Source: Octopus vulgaris (lineage: Eukaryota). Taken from it: a stretch of 64,000 bases of DNA. A program made the position numbers and the translations under genes. The notes beneath the pieces are model-generated. The model was not told where the DNA came from. It did no database searches and saw nothing but the letters and a program-made list of their open reading frames with translations. Shown in pieces: positions 1 to 14,868 of this stretch. The DNA lies in contig OX597819.1 in NCBI GenBank assembly GCA_951406725.2, positions 117,552,001 through 117,616,000 of the forward strand, written 5' to 3'. The first letter of the stretch is position 1, and the number at the start of each line of letters is the position of its first letter.

Positions 1-328
1 CTGATCGAATCTATCGATCCGAATGTGTACTGATCTATTTTTCATGACCTATGAATCTGTTGAAAACAGAGACAGATGAGGTGAATTTCGTTGCTATATA
101 TCAATAGAATATTAGACTATGACACAGTACAATGCATACAGTATGCTGACACAATTCTATTCTTAACGGAAATAGTTATATCTAGATGTACTTTCCAGTG
201 TTGTACTTCGAGAGTCTCTGTATGTAATATAGAGTGAAACTAAAGTGGAATCATGGAATCAATTATAAATTCTTGTAAAAATATACGAAACAAACGAAAT
301 TTGTTGTATTATGATGAACTTAATTGTA

Positions 329-603
<275 letters not shown>

Positions 604-1163
604 CATCACATTGCATTGTAAGTGCTTCAAGCAATCTATATCGTATATCATTTACACGGAGACAGGTGATTTCAGTAAATATAGAAGACGCTTGTAGCTA
701 GGAAATTCATTTAAAATTTATTGAATATATTACAGAAATCTTAAGATACTTTAAGTAAATATATAAAAAAAAACAGATACAAGTTATTGTGTTACGTTCT
801 TAGATTTAATTAAGAATAGGCAATCTATATTGAATATTTGCATATCAGGAATATATTGAATATGTGCTTATTATTAGTGAAACCTAAGAAACCTTTCAAA
901 ATATTTAGTGCCGTCTCTTTTAGGGTTTCAGTTATAAAGCCGCTGGCATCAATACTGCCACCTTAATGAAATGAGTCCTGGTCACGTTATTAGTTTGGCT
1001 AAATCGACTACTACCATGATTTAAAATGGATGATATGTACGTATGTTATAGATCATCTTTCTTTCGTATTTACTTCATGGTAGGATATGTCTAAAGGAAA
1101 AGATTCATACATATTTAAATCCGGTCGAACAATTGACACTGTTTGCCGATATCGCCTTCCTTG

Positions 1164-1343
1164 TTAAGGCGGCGAGCTGTATTTCGGCTGCCGTTACGCC
1201 GAGGTCGACTTTGCTTTTCATCCTTTCGGGGTCGATAAATTAAGTACCAGTTATGCACTGGGGTCGATGTAATAGACTTAATACCTATGACTGTCCATGT
1301 TTGTCCCCTCTATGTTTAGCCCCTTGTGGGTAATAAAGAAATA
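1164..1343 (+). mobile_element. tRNA-SINE family A copy, internally deleted, with 16-bp TSD
   Basis: TSD GATATCGCCTTCCTTG at 1148-1163 and 1344-1359; body TTTCATCCTTTCGGGGTCGATAAATTAAGTACCAG. Confidence 0.88.
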
Positions 1344-2777
1344 GATATCGCCTTCCTTGATAATGTGTTACATATCACTGAGTGGTATGATGCGAATAGC
1401 AAAGCAGTTGATTTGTTCTGCGGCACCTTACGATTAATATTTTTGAGGACGATCGTGCATAACCATGTGAGAAATTAATATCATTCTTTCTGTTTCCTTT
1501 AACTATAATAAGTTTATTGGTAGAATAACTCAGAACACGTTCCTGCAGTTATTTATAGTGCGCGTTAATTTTTCTTCCTTTATAACCGCAATACTTTTCT
1601 TATCTGAATTGCAAAGACATATAGAAAACAAAATTTATGGAATATAACGTCGGATATGAAACTATATATGAAGTTAATAAACTTAAAGGCAAATTAATAC
1701 CAGCTGCATTGAAATAGCTAGTGCAAGAATATGGTGACTCAATATGGCCGGGAGTGCATGAATGATACGACTTTGTTACAGCCATGATAGTGTTCAAACT
1801 AAGTTTCTGTTTGAATAGAATTAGACGTTGACTGTAAGCTTACAAAGCGAAAATACTTGCGATAGGATATTAATACGAATCTTTTTTAATGCCTCCTATC
1901 ATCCGTAGCGAAATTGTAAAAGGGAAGTCAGTCACAAAGTAACAAAATTGCCACAATGTCCTTATATATGGAAGCGCGCACGCACACACTTACATGAACA
2001 CTTATCCAATATGCTATAAATTTCTTAAACATGGAGTTTGATTATATATATTCTGAACAATTTCTTTTCAATTTATATATAATTAAGAAGATTTATGCTC
2101 AATTTGAACTTTCTTACGATACTTCAATAATTATGGAATGATTATATTCATACGAGGATAGAGTAAAACTTTAAGGGTGCGTTCGGCTGTCATAAAACCA
2201 ATTCAAAAACGTGGGATTCACTTTAAAATGGCATGCTAACATCACATTAGATGTATTCTTCGTGGCTCTGTAATGGCTATTTTCTTCAGTTAATAAAGGC
2301 AGTTGTGTCTTAAGGGAACATAAAGAAAATAATGAAACAATTCATGCGACTGGAGGCTGAGAGATTCAATCATAATAAAATTCTTTATTACTGAGGAACT
2401 CCGAAATATACTGGCAACAATCTTTTGACCGCCTTCTGACGACATTTTATGACTGAAAATGCTATTGAATAGAGCGATATTGTGAAGTTAACTGAAGTAA
2501 ACCACGCTGAGATTGGTTTTATTTGCATGTGTCTTAATGTCACATTCTCTTTCTTCTATTTGGCTCTGTCTCTCCAATTCACTAGCTCTTTCAATTCTAA
2601 GTTTACTACCTACATGTTCGCCATTTATCATGCAAACACAATACATGTCTGTAAGTATATGTGAGTGTGGTATCGATGGTGCTATGTATATATTTGTAAG
2701 AATATATCAATATTCATGGACATATTAATCAGAATATATTTATATGAAAATCCGTATCCCACCTCAATACATACATA

Positions 2778-2942
<165 letters not shown>

Positions 2943-3681
2943 CATACGTATATAAATGTATACATCCTCACCCACATATATTTAGATGTGTATATTTAGT
3001 GTGTTCATTTCAGTTTGTTTCTTTAATTGTGTAGCTATTCGACAAAAGAGAAAGCGGATACTCGATGCAAATTGTAGACAAACTTCCTGGTATACTAACT
3101 AATGCGTTTGGATTTCCTCTTCGTCATTCACATTACAACGATTTTCAGACAACGCGTCTCACGTCTTGCTGGTGCTGATCGTCAGTACATTAGAGTAACG
3201 GTTATGCTACTCAAGCCTTATCGCCTATGTTGATTAGTTTTAAATTTGTGTAGCGGTTGACTACTTTTTCCAAAGTGCCGGTAGGTAATTGTATATTTGA
3301 TAATGTTTCCAAAGGATGCATCTTTGATTGCATCATCTGGTAGTATCATTTCTTATTCTTAATTTATTTTATGCTATTTCTTGTATTCTGTTAAGTACGT
3401 TTTATGAAACTTTTGCTATTTTCCCATTATTATAACACCTGTATTTTAGCAACGATTTTACTCAGCACAATGAATATACTTTATAACGTCTTTTTTATTT
3501 TGCTTCTTATTCTCTTTTGGCATTTGATACTTTTCCAATAAACAAATGACTGCTGTGTAAATTCTGCGTTTCCCATTCTAACTGATCCAACGTTTGGAAT
3601 GTCATCTTTGCGCTATATGGCCGAGCATTGAGGAATATATTTCGTCTTGGAAACAACGATGGTCATTTCTCTAAAAAATAA

Positions 3682-4899
3682 CAACTAAGTAATCAATAAT
3701 TTATTCCCCCTTGTCATATACAGCATCTTCCCAACGTTCAACAATATTTTCAATACCTCCTTGGTAGAAATAACCCGATTTCGACTCGAAAAATTGATCC
3801 AACCAAGCTCTCAATTCTGCATCAGTATTGAACGAAACACCGCGCATAGCATTTGATACAGATCGAAAGAGGTGAAAATCAGTTGATGCCAAATCAAGAG
3901 ATCACGACGGATGTGGCAGGACTTCCCATCCAACCGTTTGAATGGCTTCATTAGTCATATTGGCAATATGAGGACGGGTGTTGTAGTGCAGAAGAAATCC
4001 AGACTGACGATTAGGACTTTTCTCTTCAATAGCCGTGTTGAATCGTTCCATCTGTTGAACATAGAGTTCCGCGTTGACCGTTTGGTTCCGTTCATGCAAT
4101 TCGTAATGGATAATCCCTTCCCAGTCCCACCATACGCACAACATCGTTTTACGCGGATGAAGATCTTGTTTCACGCGCGGTGTTGCTTGTTTCCCGGGGC
4201 AAAGTCATTCCTTACGCTGCTTCATATTAATGTACAGACACGATTTTTCGTCGCTAGTGACGATTCGGTAAAGAAATCGTTGCTTGTGTCCATGAGTTGA
4301 ATGGTGACGAGCAAGCAACCAGCGGAGATTGAGGCTCGTTCATATTTGTTGTTATCAGTTAAAGGGTGCGGAATCCATGCTCCATACTTCTCAACCTTTC
4401 CCATCGAGGGAAGATTTTTCTCTATAGCAGTGTTGGAGGCATTTCATTTTCTGTGCCAGTTCCCTAGTCGTTTGACGAGAATTTTCGTGCAAAATTTGGT
4501 TTAATCGCTCTTCATCGAACTCAACTGGACGGCCAGAACGAGGTGCGACTTTGAGGTCAACATTTCCATTTTCGAACTTGGCATACCAATCACGAGCGGT
4601 TCTTTCAGCAATAGCATCCTCTTCATACACAGCATAAATGTCGCGAGCAGCTTTTGCAGCCTTAGAACCTTGATTAAATGCAAAATGATGGAGGTGTCGA
4701 AAATGCTCATTTTTCTTAACTTGGCATTCCATTTTAATGATTTTAAAATATACAAAAATTAAGTAAAATTAACTAGAGAAAAAATAGGTTCCAAAATGAT
4801 TCAAAAATAGAATTCTCGAAAATGATAGTTTCCAAAATTTAAAAACGCAATAAATTCTGAAATTAAAAATACGGCGGGAACTTAGTTGCCAACCCAATA
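3682..4899 (-). mobile_element. Mariner (DD34D) DNA transposon, decayed
   Basis: 5' TIR TA-TTGGGTTGGCAACTAAGTTCCCGCCG at 4899-4872 (minus). Only a possible remnant CAACTAAGT (~3682-3690) at the other end. Confidence 0.9.
3690..4732 (-). pseudogene. Mariner transposase pseudogene (frameshifted)
   Basis: ORF pieces 4391-4732, 4222-4404, 3902-4174 and 3701-3892 give the HTH (PRSGRP), WIPHPL (WVPHEL motif), MLCVWWD, HYNTRPH (HDNARPH motif) and DLASTDFHLF (YSPDLAPSD motif). Confidence 0.92.
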
Positions 4900-5084
4900 T
4901 TTAAAAGTTGAAAGTCGACTATTCTTAATTCTGGGTTGCCGGTGTTTCTCCTTTCACTGATCACTGTTTGCGACGCAGAATATTTTCCTCGACACCGGGT
5001 ACTATTCTGCCCAGAAAAGATTAATTCGTGAGACGTGACAGCAAAGAAGAGCACACATTCACTCTCTACGTGCGATTAGATTCC

Positions 5085-5577
5085 GATGGTTTGCTAGGAA
5101 TATTTTGTTCCACCCGGTCTTGCAGGACGTCCTCGTTGAGCTCTGCAGTTCTTCGTCGAGATCAACAGATCTTGCAAGATGTCCTCGTCGAGCTCTACAG
5201 CTCTTCTACAGATCTGCCATGACGTCCTTGTCGAACTCTACACATTTTCAAGGCTGTAGTTTTCGGCTTTGTAACCACCGTTGACACTGGCTTACGCTTA
5301 TTGTCCGATCTTCATACACTGTTTTAATTTTCCTCGCACATTAAGTTGCGTTGAGGCCTTTATTGAACTCATAAAGCAAGACATAGCGATTAAGCTCCTT
5401 TGTTACTTATTTTGTAGCTTTATAAAAATGGCTTTTAAAATCGATCTACAATCCGCGAAAGTTGTACTAAAAATATGCTACAATTACTACCTGCTGTTAT
5501 AGCAAATTATCCTGCCCCCACCTCCGACTTTTATTTCATACAACTGAAAAAGCGCATTACATATGGGATGACCCAAT

Positions 5578-5578
<1 letters not shown>
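5085..5578 (-). mobile_element. Second mariner 5' fragment (different TIR)
   Basis: TIR TATTGGGTCATCCCATATGTAATGCG at 5578-5553. Minus strand encodes ARKIKTVYEDRTISVSQCQRW..VEFDKDV, a mariner N-terminal HTH. Confidence 0.7.
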
Positions 5579-5608
<30 letters not shown>

Positions 5609-5962
5609 ATATTTTGGACATAAAATCGTAAAATTAAAAGTGTTGGATTTATAATTTATTTTAACAGATGGAAATATTAAAATTTTCTGACATAGGGCTT
5701 TTATTATGACAACTACCCCCTCACAGAAAATGTACTTCCTGTAGAATTTGATTTTTTGGTTTACTAATTCAGGTACCATGGCATCGAAAATGATTTGAGG
5801 AAGTATCCATAAAACATTTCTATGTCTATATCTCCCTGTATAATCTTAATCAATATTTCCCTGTGTTGCATAACCTGTCTTTCACTTCTTTCGTCGAAAT
5901 GATATTAATGGCCCACGTATATCGCAGTCCTGCATGAACCCACACTAATCTCATACTTGCAG

Positions 5963-5963
<1 letters not shown>

Positions 5964-6038
<75 letters not shown>

Positions 6039-6051
6039 ATATCTATCTATC

Positions 6052-6098
<47 letters not shown>

Positions 6099-6137
6099 CA
6101 TCCAGCCATCTATCTATCCATCTATCTATCTATATAT

Positions 6138-6169
<32 letters not shown>

Positions 6170-6214
6170 TTATTTATCTATCTATCTATCTGTCTGTCTG
6201 TCTGTCTATCTATC

Positions 6215-6261
<47 letters not shown>

Positions 6262-6263
6262 GT
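5964..6263. repeat. Compound (TA)n/(TCTA)n/(TG)n microsatellite
   Basis: Direct inspection. Confidence 0.97.
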
Positions 6264-6784
6264 AGAGTGGGAGTTTTGCGTGCGTGTCTGTTTATGTATG
6301 TATATGTCTCTAATGTAAACACTCGTTTTTGCTGGACGTGTGAGACATTCTACAATACTAGCAATTAAATTACATCTATCTGTGTACACTGTTTGAAAAC
6401 GTGAGAAAAGTGAACAATAGTAAATTTAAACACAAAGAACAAGTATACACTAATCGCATAGTGCACCTATTTAACTTTAGTATGACTATAGAATTACATT
6501 TATGGCAAAAATTCATATTCTACTCAAAAGTGCATCTGAATACTATACATACAACATACAGCATTGATAATGGGAATGTATTAACAGGATTTATCAACTT
6601 TTATGATCGGAATACATTATCACCAACATTTACGATGCTTTCTATATTCGACAATGCAATGAGAAATTGCTTCTCTAATTTCATTAATATTGGCATTTCA
6701 AATGTATCTGTAATATGAATGGATTATGCCGCCAATTATAAACAGAAAAATGTCAATAAAATATGCATAAGTAGGTAGCAGGCG

Positions 6785-7087
6785 TGGAGGTATAATGGCC
6801 CAGTGGTTAGGGTTGCGGACTCGCGGTCGGAGGATCGCGGTTTTGATTCCCAGACCGGGAGTTGTGTGTGTTTATTGAGCGAAAACACCTAAAAGCTCCG
6901 CGACGATCCGGTAGGGGTTGGTGGCGACCCTTGTTGTACTCTTTAGCCACAACATTTTCTCTCTCTCTCTCTTCTTGTTTCTTGAGTAACGCTGCGATGG
7001 ACTGGGGTCCCGTCCAGCTGGGGGGAAGACATACGCCACACAAACCGGAAAACCGGGCCCATGAGCCAGGCTACGCTTGAAAAGGGT
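6785..7087 (+). mobile_element. tRNA-SINE family C (tail type 1, V-domain-like)
   Basis: A box TGGCCCAGTGG, B box GGTTTTGATTCC; tail GCGATGGACTGGGGTCCCGTCCAG..AAACCGGGCCC. Confidence 0.8.
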
Positions 7088-7564
7088 ATCAAAAAACATA
7101 GCACACACCAACACACACTCACATGCACATACACACAGACACAGGCAACTATATAGATATTTATGTATGCAGGGACTTTGAAAATACACTACGTGACGAC
7201 CATGTCGACCGTGCCCTTCGCATTTACAAACGAGCTGCTCTTCCTCGAGGCACAGCACTCATTCCGCCGACACTGTGCCAGGTGTTTAGTGAAGTCATGA
7301 GGCTGGAGCACAGCGGGATATGAAGCGTTATCGAAAGAGTTCAATTGAGACAATGTTGCTTCTTACATTTATGCTGAGCGGAGTAACTCTTTAACGTCAG
7401 ATGTTAGAACCACCTGACTCTATCAAGGGAGTAACCTCAAAGCATCAATAGGTGTGGCGTCCATGGTTGTGTAGTCTTGTAATGAAATATACACTATGGC
7501 TCGACTCCCAATTCATATTCACAGTAATGAGATTGGATAGCAACAGAAAGTCTACGAAAGCAGC

Positions 7565-7628
<64 letters not shown>

Positions 7629-7651
7629 TGTATGTGTGTATATATATATAT

Positions 7652-7730
<79 letters not shown>

Positions 7731-8584
7731 CAATGGCATATGGAGGTTTTTGTATTGGGTTGTGGCAGCACACCCAACGCAGCCAAATTTTAAGGTTTTC
7801 ATTAATATTTGCGATTAAATTAATGAGTGACTTTAATATTTACATTAAACTTGGCATTTCTGAGATGTAACATTTCACTGACTTATCTATAATCTCCTTG
7901 GACAAAAGAGTAAATATATATAAGTACAGAATCAACCCGAAGCACAGACTAATCAGTTACGCGTGTAGAGTAATGAGTATCGGCGCCTTTCCCCGCCCCT
8001 GTTGTAGTATTAACCATAATGTCAAATGCCCAACGTGCATCAAAAACTTATCAAGTATATTTGTCATGATTTAATCATTCTATGTACATGTTATTGTGTG
8101 CCATCTGTACAGCAGATGTGCAACATTATTTCAGTAGAAATGTGATAAATATTTTTCTTTACGTAAAATACAGAAGTATGATTGCTTTAAATAATTGCTT
8201 CCATACTATTTACTTCAGCGTCTCAGCACATTATACAATTACTTAAATTACAATTACTCAAATTGCTTACTTTTCTGCACATTGTTTGATAAACAGGTTA
8301 TTTAATCTTCTAAGTGCAGAATCTGGGCAATTTCAGTCACAAATTAATTGTCTCCTGGCAAAGAAATAATTGAGAAATATATTTGCTTTGTTTTCGTCTG
8401 AAAGTGACCAAGAATTATAAGTGAATTAAAAATTAAGATTACAACTTTTATTTCAAATTATATGTAAGTACATAGTAGGTAATATAAAGAATTAAATATT
8501 TTGTCCCATCTTCACATTGTGTGCAGTAGTATGAATATATTATTTTATCCCAATCCTTATTGCATACAGGACATACTACATTAT

Positions 8585-10093
8585 CTGCGGCAAACATATG
8601 CAAAGAACGTGCAGAAATCATTGCTGGATTCTATGCCGACGTCTTTACTGTCGAAGACCAAAATGTTCCATCTTCATCACCACTGACACCGGACTCTATA
8701 TCTACTATGAAATTTACACCAGCAATGTTACAACGCCACCTTAAGAATAAACGCAACTATGCTTCTCCTGGTCTCGATGGTGATACATACCTACTTCTCA
8801 AACGCGGTGAGTACTTTCTTCTAAGCCAACTCTCACTATTCTTCCAATTCTGTCTTGACAATGGTGTTACTCCAGAGCAGTGGAAAACTGCCAGTGTTAT
8901 CCCTCAGTTCAAAAAAGGTGACCGCACATCACCTGTCAACTAGTCTTACTAGCTGCATCGCCAAACTGATGGAAACATGTGTCAGGGAAACCCTCTGGAA
9001 CTTCTGGAAGTCTCACAGCCTCATGAAGCCGTCACAATTCGGATTTATTCCTAACTCCAGCTGCTGTAATCAACTCATCGATTTTCTTGAGGACATTACT
9101 CAAATCACTGATCGCGGATCCTCGGTGGATGTTGTTTACCTGAACTCTGCTAAGGCTTTTAACTCTGTTCCACGCAAAATATTTATGGTGGCACTCTCTG
9201 CGTTGGGCGTAAAAGACGATCTCTATAACCGGTTGAAGTCCTTTCTTTTCGGCCGAAAAGAGGTTGTCACTGTTCAAGGACAGCACTCTTCACCCTATGA
9301 GATAACATCCGGTGTACCACAGGGATCTGTTCTTGGCCCCCTTTTATTTGTTGCCTATGTTAATGGCATAGATGCCAACTTAAAGAATGCCACAGTGCTG
9401 AAATATGCAGATGACATCAAGCTGTACCTCGAAAAGAAGAGGTCAGATCCTGTACACTATAGATATCTATTGCAATCAGACCTGGACACAATGCAGCAGT
9501 GGATCATGGAGTGGCAACTCAAGCTGGCTGTGGACAAATGTACCACCAAATATTTTGGGTGGAAAAACCCAGTGTCTACTTACTCCCTCCACAACATTAA
9601 TCTCAAGCAGTTTTCGTGTGAACGTGACTTGGGTGTTATTGTCGATAGTGATTTGCGTTGGACAAAACACATCGCTAAAATTGCCAAGAAGGCATCACTC
9701 ACCAAGTCCTTTGTAAGCCGCTCTCCGGCTATCTATCTGCGGCTTTTTATAGCTATGGTACGATCTCACCTGGAATTTGCATCACCGGTCTTGAACCCCT
9801 ATCTTGCTCAGGATATTAATCGTCTGGAAGCCGTTAAGTTACGTGAAACCAAGAGAATACCCTCCATCAGGCATTTGCCATATTCTGAACGCCTTACTTC
9901 CCTGGGCATGGGCACATTCAAACTCCGACGTCTGGCAGCTGACTTGGCAGACTCCCATAAAATTATTAACCATCTTACAAACAATAACTCTGAGCACCTT
10001 TTGAAACTCCACCTGTCTAACATCCGTGGACTTATTTACAAAGTCAGAAAACAGCACAGCTCCCATGAATTTCGGAAACTTTTTTCACGCTAA
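8585..10093 (+). pseudogene. CR1-type reverse transcriptase ORF2 fragment (frameshift at ~8940)
   Basis: SPGLDG, WKTASVIPQFKKGD, [YRPI deleted]SLTS, SQFGF, GVPQGSVLGPLLF, YADDIKL, ERDLGV, HLEFASPV. Confidence 0.92.
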
Positions 10094-10360
10094 GAGTTGC
10101 TGAAGCATGGAACAAACTGCCAGCATCAGTTGTTAGTTGTCGGAGCACTGCATCCTTCAAAACTTCCATGCTTCCTGAGATTCGCACACACTACACCCGA
10201 TATTCCTCCCTCCATTCACACACAAGCATGTAACTGACTCATACACTGCTCGCTTTCCAGACATTTGTACATTACTGCATACATTTTATACGCACTTTCT
10301 GACAAGTTGTGGTGCACCTGAGCACTGTATACAATAATTTCATTATTATTATTATTATTA
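8585..10360 (+). mobile_element. CR1-clade LINE, 5'-truncated, with 3' UTR and (TTA)n tail
   Basis: ORF2-like sequence 8585-~10180 followed by a UTR and an ATT-repeat tail at 10342-10360. Confidence 0.88.
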
Positions 10361-11766
10361 TGTACCTTCTCTGATGAAGTGTATGAAATATCATTATGAG
10401 ATACATCTCACGATTTTTGTCCGCAACATATTATATTTTATTGACTCACTTGGAAGATTACATATATTATCGACCGGTTGTTTAGCTACGCCATATCCGC
10501 CTATGAGTTAAACTGTACCGACGAATGGAAATGACCTTGAATCGGTGCGGTCCACTGATACTGCGTTGTGCTGGGTGGTGCGAGCTAACCTTCCCTGTTC
10601 GAAAACTTAAGGGAACAGATCATGTATCATATAGCCAGCTGGTGACGATGACTTTGTGGTTAAACAACAATAGCATTTACACATAAATGGGGCTGCCACA
10701 TTAGGTTGACCCCCAAATCGTTACGTTAAAGTGCTGATACTGCATATCTCTCCCTGAGAGATTCAGGAACAAAAATGTTTCTATTAATTTATATATGTAT
10801 CTATATATATACACTAGGTTTTTTTTTCCTTTCGTAATAGTGTCGCTTCATAATTATTAAGACTCAAGAATAGGAACGTTACATTTGCCTCTCGAATTAA
10901 AAAATGAACAACAACGTAAATATTACAAATAAAACAAGCTTATGAATCCTTGATTCTCTAATCTTCCATAATCGAAAATGTGGATTATTTCATTGCATAT
11001 TGTTTGAAGTTATATTTTTTATTATTACATTTCTTCTTTCTATTCTAATTCATGTTTTCGTTTCAGTATTTGATTTTGATCGTCAGTGTTTGGTGTTTGT
11101 TTTACCTTCCTACTTTTCATTCAACGTTATATGATTGGCAGTTTTCCAGAAAGTTTCTACGAAGATTAGAATTATTTTTGAAAGTCTTTAGTTATATTGA
11201 TTTTTTAACTTGTTCTGCTTAATGTAATTTCAATATCTGTCAGCTTCTATTCTCTCTCCAAATACGCCATTTTATTTCACTGCTTCACCTTCTATTAGAA
11301 CGTGTCTCCCTCCTTATATTTATCTATATCAATATTTCCTTCTATCTATCAATCTAACAATCTATCTATCTATTTATCTATCTATCTCTCTGTTTCTACT
11401 TTTGTCTCTCTCCATCCCTCATCCACTTCCTGCATATCTCTTCTTCCACTTTCCCCCTCTTTATCCATTTTTTAAACATGGATGGCATTGGCTGTAATTT
11501 AACTCTTACAAAACTGACGTGTACCTTTCTATTGTTACAATTTATTTACATTTTTTCTGATATACATTTTTATAGAAAAACAACTTGAAGAGACGCTTGT
11601 ATGTTCTTTTATATGACATTATACGAATAAATATATATAGTTGAATTGGACATTTGCTTCAAACATATATTATTTATAGCTTAAAATGGTATAAAATATA
11701 CATTAAATATAAATTTACACACATAGCTTACATTCCATGTTCCATGGAGTTGTATATTCATACATA

Positions 11767-11818
<52 letters not shown>

Positions 11819-11829
11819 CACATAAACTT

Positions 11830-12870
11830 AGATAAGCTTAGATATGTTTCGACCAAAGATTGGTCCAGGCCATGTCTAACTTAATAGCACCACCTGATAT
11901 GATTATCTAAATCCTGTTTAAGTCAAGTTTTGTTTATGGTCCATTCAAGTCGTGAGTTTTTGTTGGGTGAGTTTTATCCAATTATGATTGGCTTATCTGG
12001 TATTCCTTGAAGGAATCTATCCAGACTCCGTTTAAAGTTGATGGGATTATTTTCCTCTTTGATCACTTTCAGGACAATGTTAAATAGGGAAGGGCCTGTT
12101 GAAGAAAAGAAATTATGTTGCAGTGTACATATATGCTGTGATCATGAATTGGGCAGAGGACGTATGGCTCGTGGTCCCAGTGTTGGATGAACCTTGAAGC
12201 TAATGTTCAGGTCGTTTGGGCAAAGTTGGCGGCATATTCTCCACATCATATAAATGACGTACCGCTCACGGCGGCGCTAGAGAGAGTAGAGTTTCAAGGT
12301 TTTAAGGCGGTCCCAATAATCGAGCGCAGCCATGCCTTCAATTCGTTTAGTGAGTACCCTCTGGGGTGATTCAATCCTCGAGATGTTTTCTTTTGTATGG
12401 GGAGACCACAGTTGGCAGCAGTATTCGAGGTGTGACCGTACAAACGAGGAGAAAAGTGGTATGATGAGACCTTGTTCTCTGGAACGGAAGGTTCTTAAGA
12501 TCCAGGAAATCATCCTACAAGCTATATCGACCTTATTGTTGATGTGGGCACTCCGCGATTGTCATCAACATTTACGCCCAGGTCTTTGATATTGTTAGCC
12601 GCTGTGAGCGGTTCCCCTGAAGGAAGAGAGTATGGCTGTTTTAGTGTGGACTTTCTGTCAAAATGCATCAGCTCAAATTTTCCCTCGTTCAGTTGCATTT
12701 TCATTCTGTCAGCCCATTGACTCACAGCGTATAGATCAGACTGGAGTTGAGTTCGGTCTGCTTCTTCATTGATGATTTGCTGGAGCTTAGTGTCATCAGC
12801 AAATATTTTCACTTTGCAGTAATGTACGACACTGGAAATGTTGTTTATACAAATTATAAAGAGCTGAAAT
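11830..12870 (-). mobile_element. Second CR1-clade LINE 3' fragment (RT C-terminus and 3' UTR), decayed
   Basis: [27 protein letters not shown]; VRSHLEYCCQLWSP..RLKTLKLYSL*RRRERY; truncated at the (TA)n from ~12880. Confidence 0.88.
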
Positions 12871-12879
12871 TTATAGATA

Positions 12880-12882
<3 letters not shown>

Positions 12883-12926
<44 letters not shown>

Positions 12927-13072
12927 TGTATGTAAGTATGTATGTATGTATATATGCATGTGTCAATATATATATATATATATATATATATGTAATATAA
13001 ATATATATATATGTATATGTCAATGTTTAATATATATATATATTTATATATATATAAATGTGCATATGCCAA

Positions 13073-13120
<48 letters not shown>
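12883..13120. repeat. (TA)n-rich microsatellite
   Basis: Direct inspection. Confidence 0.95.
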
Positions 13121-13122
<2 letters not shown>

Positions 13123-13877
13123 TTGTAGAGGCATTATGCGCCTTCAGTCCTCTCAGTGTCGGACAAATCATCTATACTGCTGAACGCTATATAAGTGCGA
13201 AAACATTGGTCACTTTATGACCTTTAAATTGCGAAAAAATATACTACCACTCTAATGCTTTAGAGTCTTTCGGATATATGTACTACTGATGAATAGCAAG
13301 CTTGATGAGTTTTTTCAACACCGCAGATTTACACGGGAAAATATACGATATAAAATTAACTATATTCCATCTCAATAATGACATACGAACTTGTGGAAGA
13401 AGGCTGCGCTAGACGGTGTTCGACAATGATGGCACTTAAGACAATTATTGACATTGTAAATTTCCGTTGGGATTTCATCAAGTGTTCTTAATTATCTCTT
13501 TCGAAAAGTGCTACAAATGAGCATACTGAAAGCAAATCCGTTGTTCCTAGCCAACGATGATCATGGTATGAACATTTCTAACAGCAACACACATACTCGC
13601 AAACATGCATACACACACACACGCACGCACACACACAAAAACAAACACACGCAAACACACACATATGTAAACATTTAAGTGTCTTTCAGTCACGTGTATG
13701 AAGATCATTTTCTGACATCCTTTTGCATGTGTCAGTTTTCGAGATTGTAACGTAGAAACACTTATAGTTTATAACCTCATACACTCAGAATATCTTCACT
13801 GGAATACCAAGTGTAAGAAGTTCTATCATGTTAACAAGTAGATGTGCTATTTTAGATATAGTTATTTATTAAATTTG

Positions 13878-14291
13878 TTTACTCTTACTCTTTTACTATT
13901 TTACTTGTTTCAGTCATTTGACTGCGGCCATGCTGGAGCACGGCCTTTTAGTCGAGCAAATCGACTCCAAGACTTATTCCTTGTAAGCCCAGTACTTATT
14001 TTATCGGTCTCTTTTGCCGAACCGCTAAGTGACGGGGACATAAACACACCAGCATCGGTTGTCAAGCAATGCTAGGGGGACAAACACAGACACACAAACA
14101 TATATGCACACACACATATATATACATATATACGACGGGTTTCTTTCAGTTTCCGTCTACCAAATCCACTCACAAGGCTTTGGTCGTCCCGAGGCTATAG
14201 TAGAAGACACTTGCCCAAGGTGCCACTCAGTGGGACTGAACCCGGAACCATGTAGTTGGTAAACAAGCTACTTACCACACAGCCACTCCTG
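13878..14291 (-). mobile_element. tRNA-SINE family B
   Basis: Head GGAGTGGCTGTGTGGTAAG..GGTTCAGTCCC, body GGGCAAGTGTCTTCTACTATAGCC..GTAGACGGAAACTG, tail (GTAAAAGA)n. Confidence 0.88.
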
Positions 14292-14705
14292 TAAAATTCA
14301 ACATTAGTGATGTTATGTTATTCTCTTCGTTTTGTGCCTAGAATATTATTTTAGTAAATGGACAAATAAACTTTTAACGTAGTCTGACATTTTGAATGTT
14401 GTCTTATTTTGCTTTTAAGAAATATAGTGCCGTAAAAGTTAACGATATATGCATGCTCATCTTGATTTTTGTTATATAATTCTTCATTTTTCAAATTCTA
14501 ATTCTTATCTTGCAAAATAACAATTATTTTTATGGTTAGGAAATAATACATTCATGTTGTTCATGAGATCATCTTTTTTTTTAAGATAAACTTGAAGCTG
14601 TATTAAGATTTTTATTCGAGCTCTATACTTAAGAAATGAGGAATTATGTACATTATTTACATTATTTACGTTTGACGGATATTTGTCCATATCTTGTTTG
14701 TTGCT

Positions 14706-14751
14706 AACATAACGTTTCGGCTGATATACCCTCCAGCCTTCTTCAGGCACC
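14706..14751 (-). ncRNA. Minimal type I hammerhead motif (core intact, stem I decayed)
   Basis: Minus strand: GGTGC-CTGAAGA-a-GGCTG-gagggtatat-CAGCC-GAAA-CG-TT-ATGTT. Confidence 0.65.
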
Positions 14752-14798
14752 TTGGGGAAATTTCGAACCTGGGTTCTCATTCTTAAGGCATTTTTCGA

Positions 14799-14868
<70 letters not shown>

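Noticed and set aside
3060-3660. Possible old LINE RT remnant (minus, VLNRIQE..)
   Set aside because: Too decayed to support by eye.
7731-8001. Possible hAT-type MITE (CAATGGCATA ... CGCCCCTG)
   Set aside because: The terminal match is weak and I found no 8-bp TSD.
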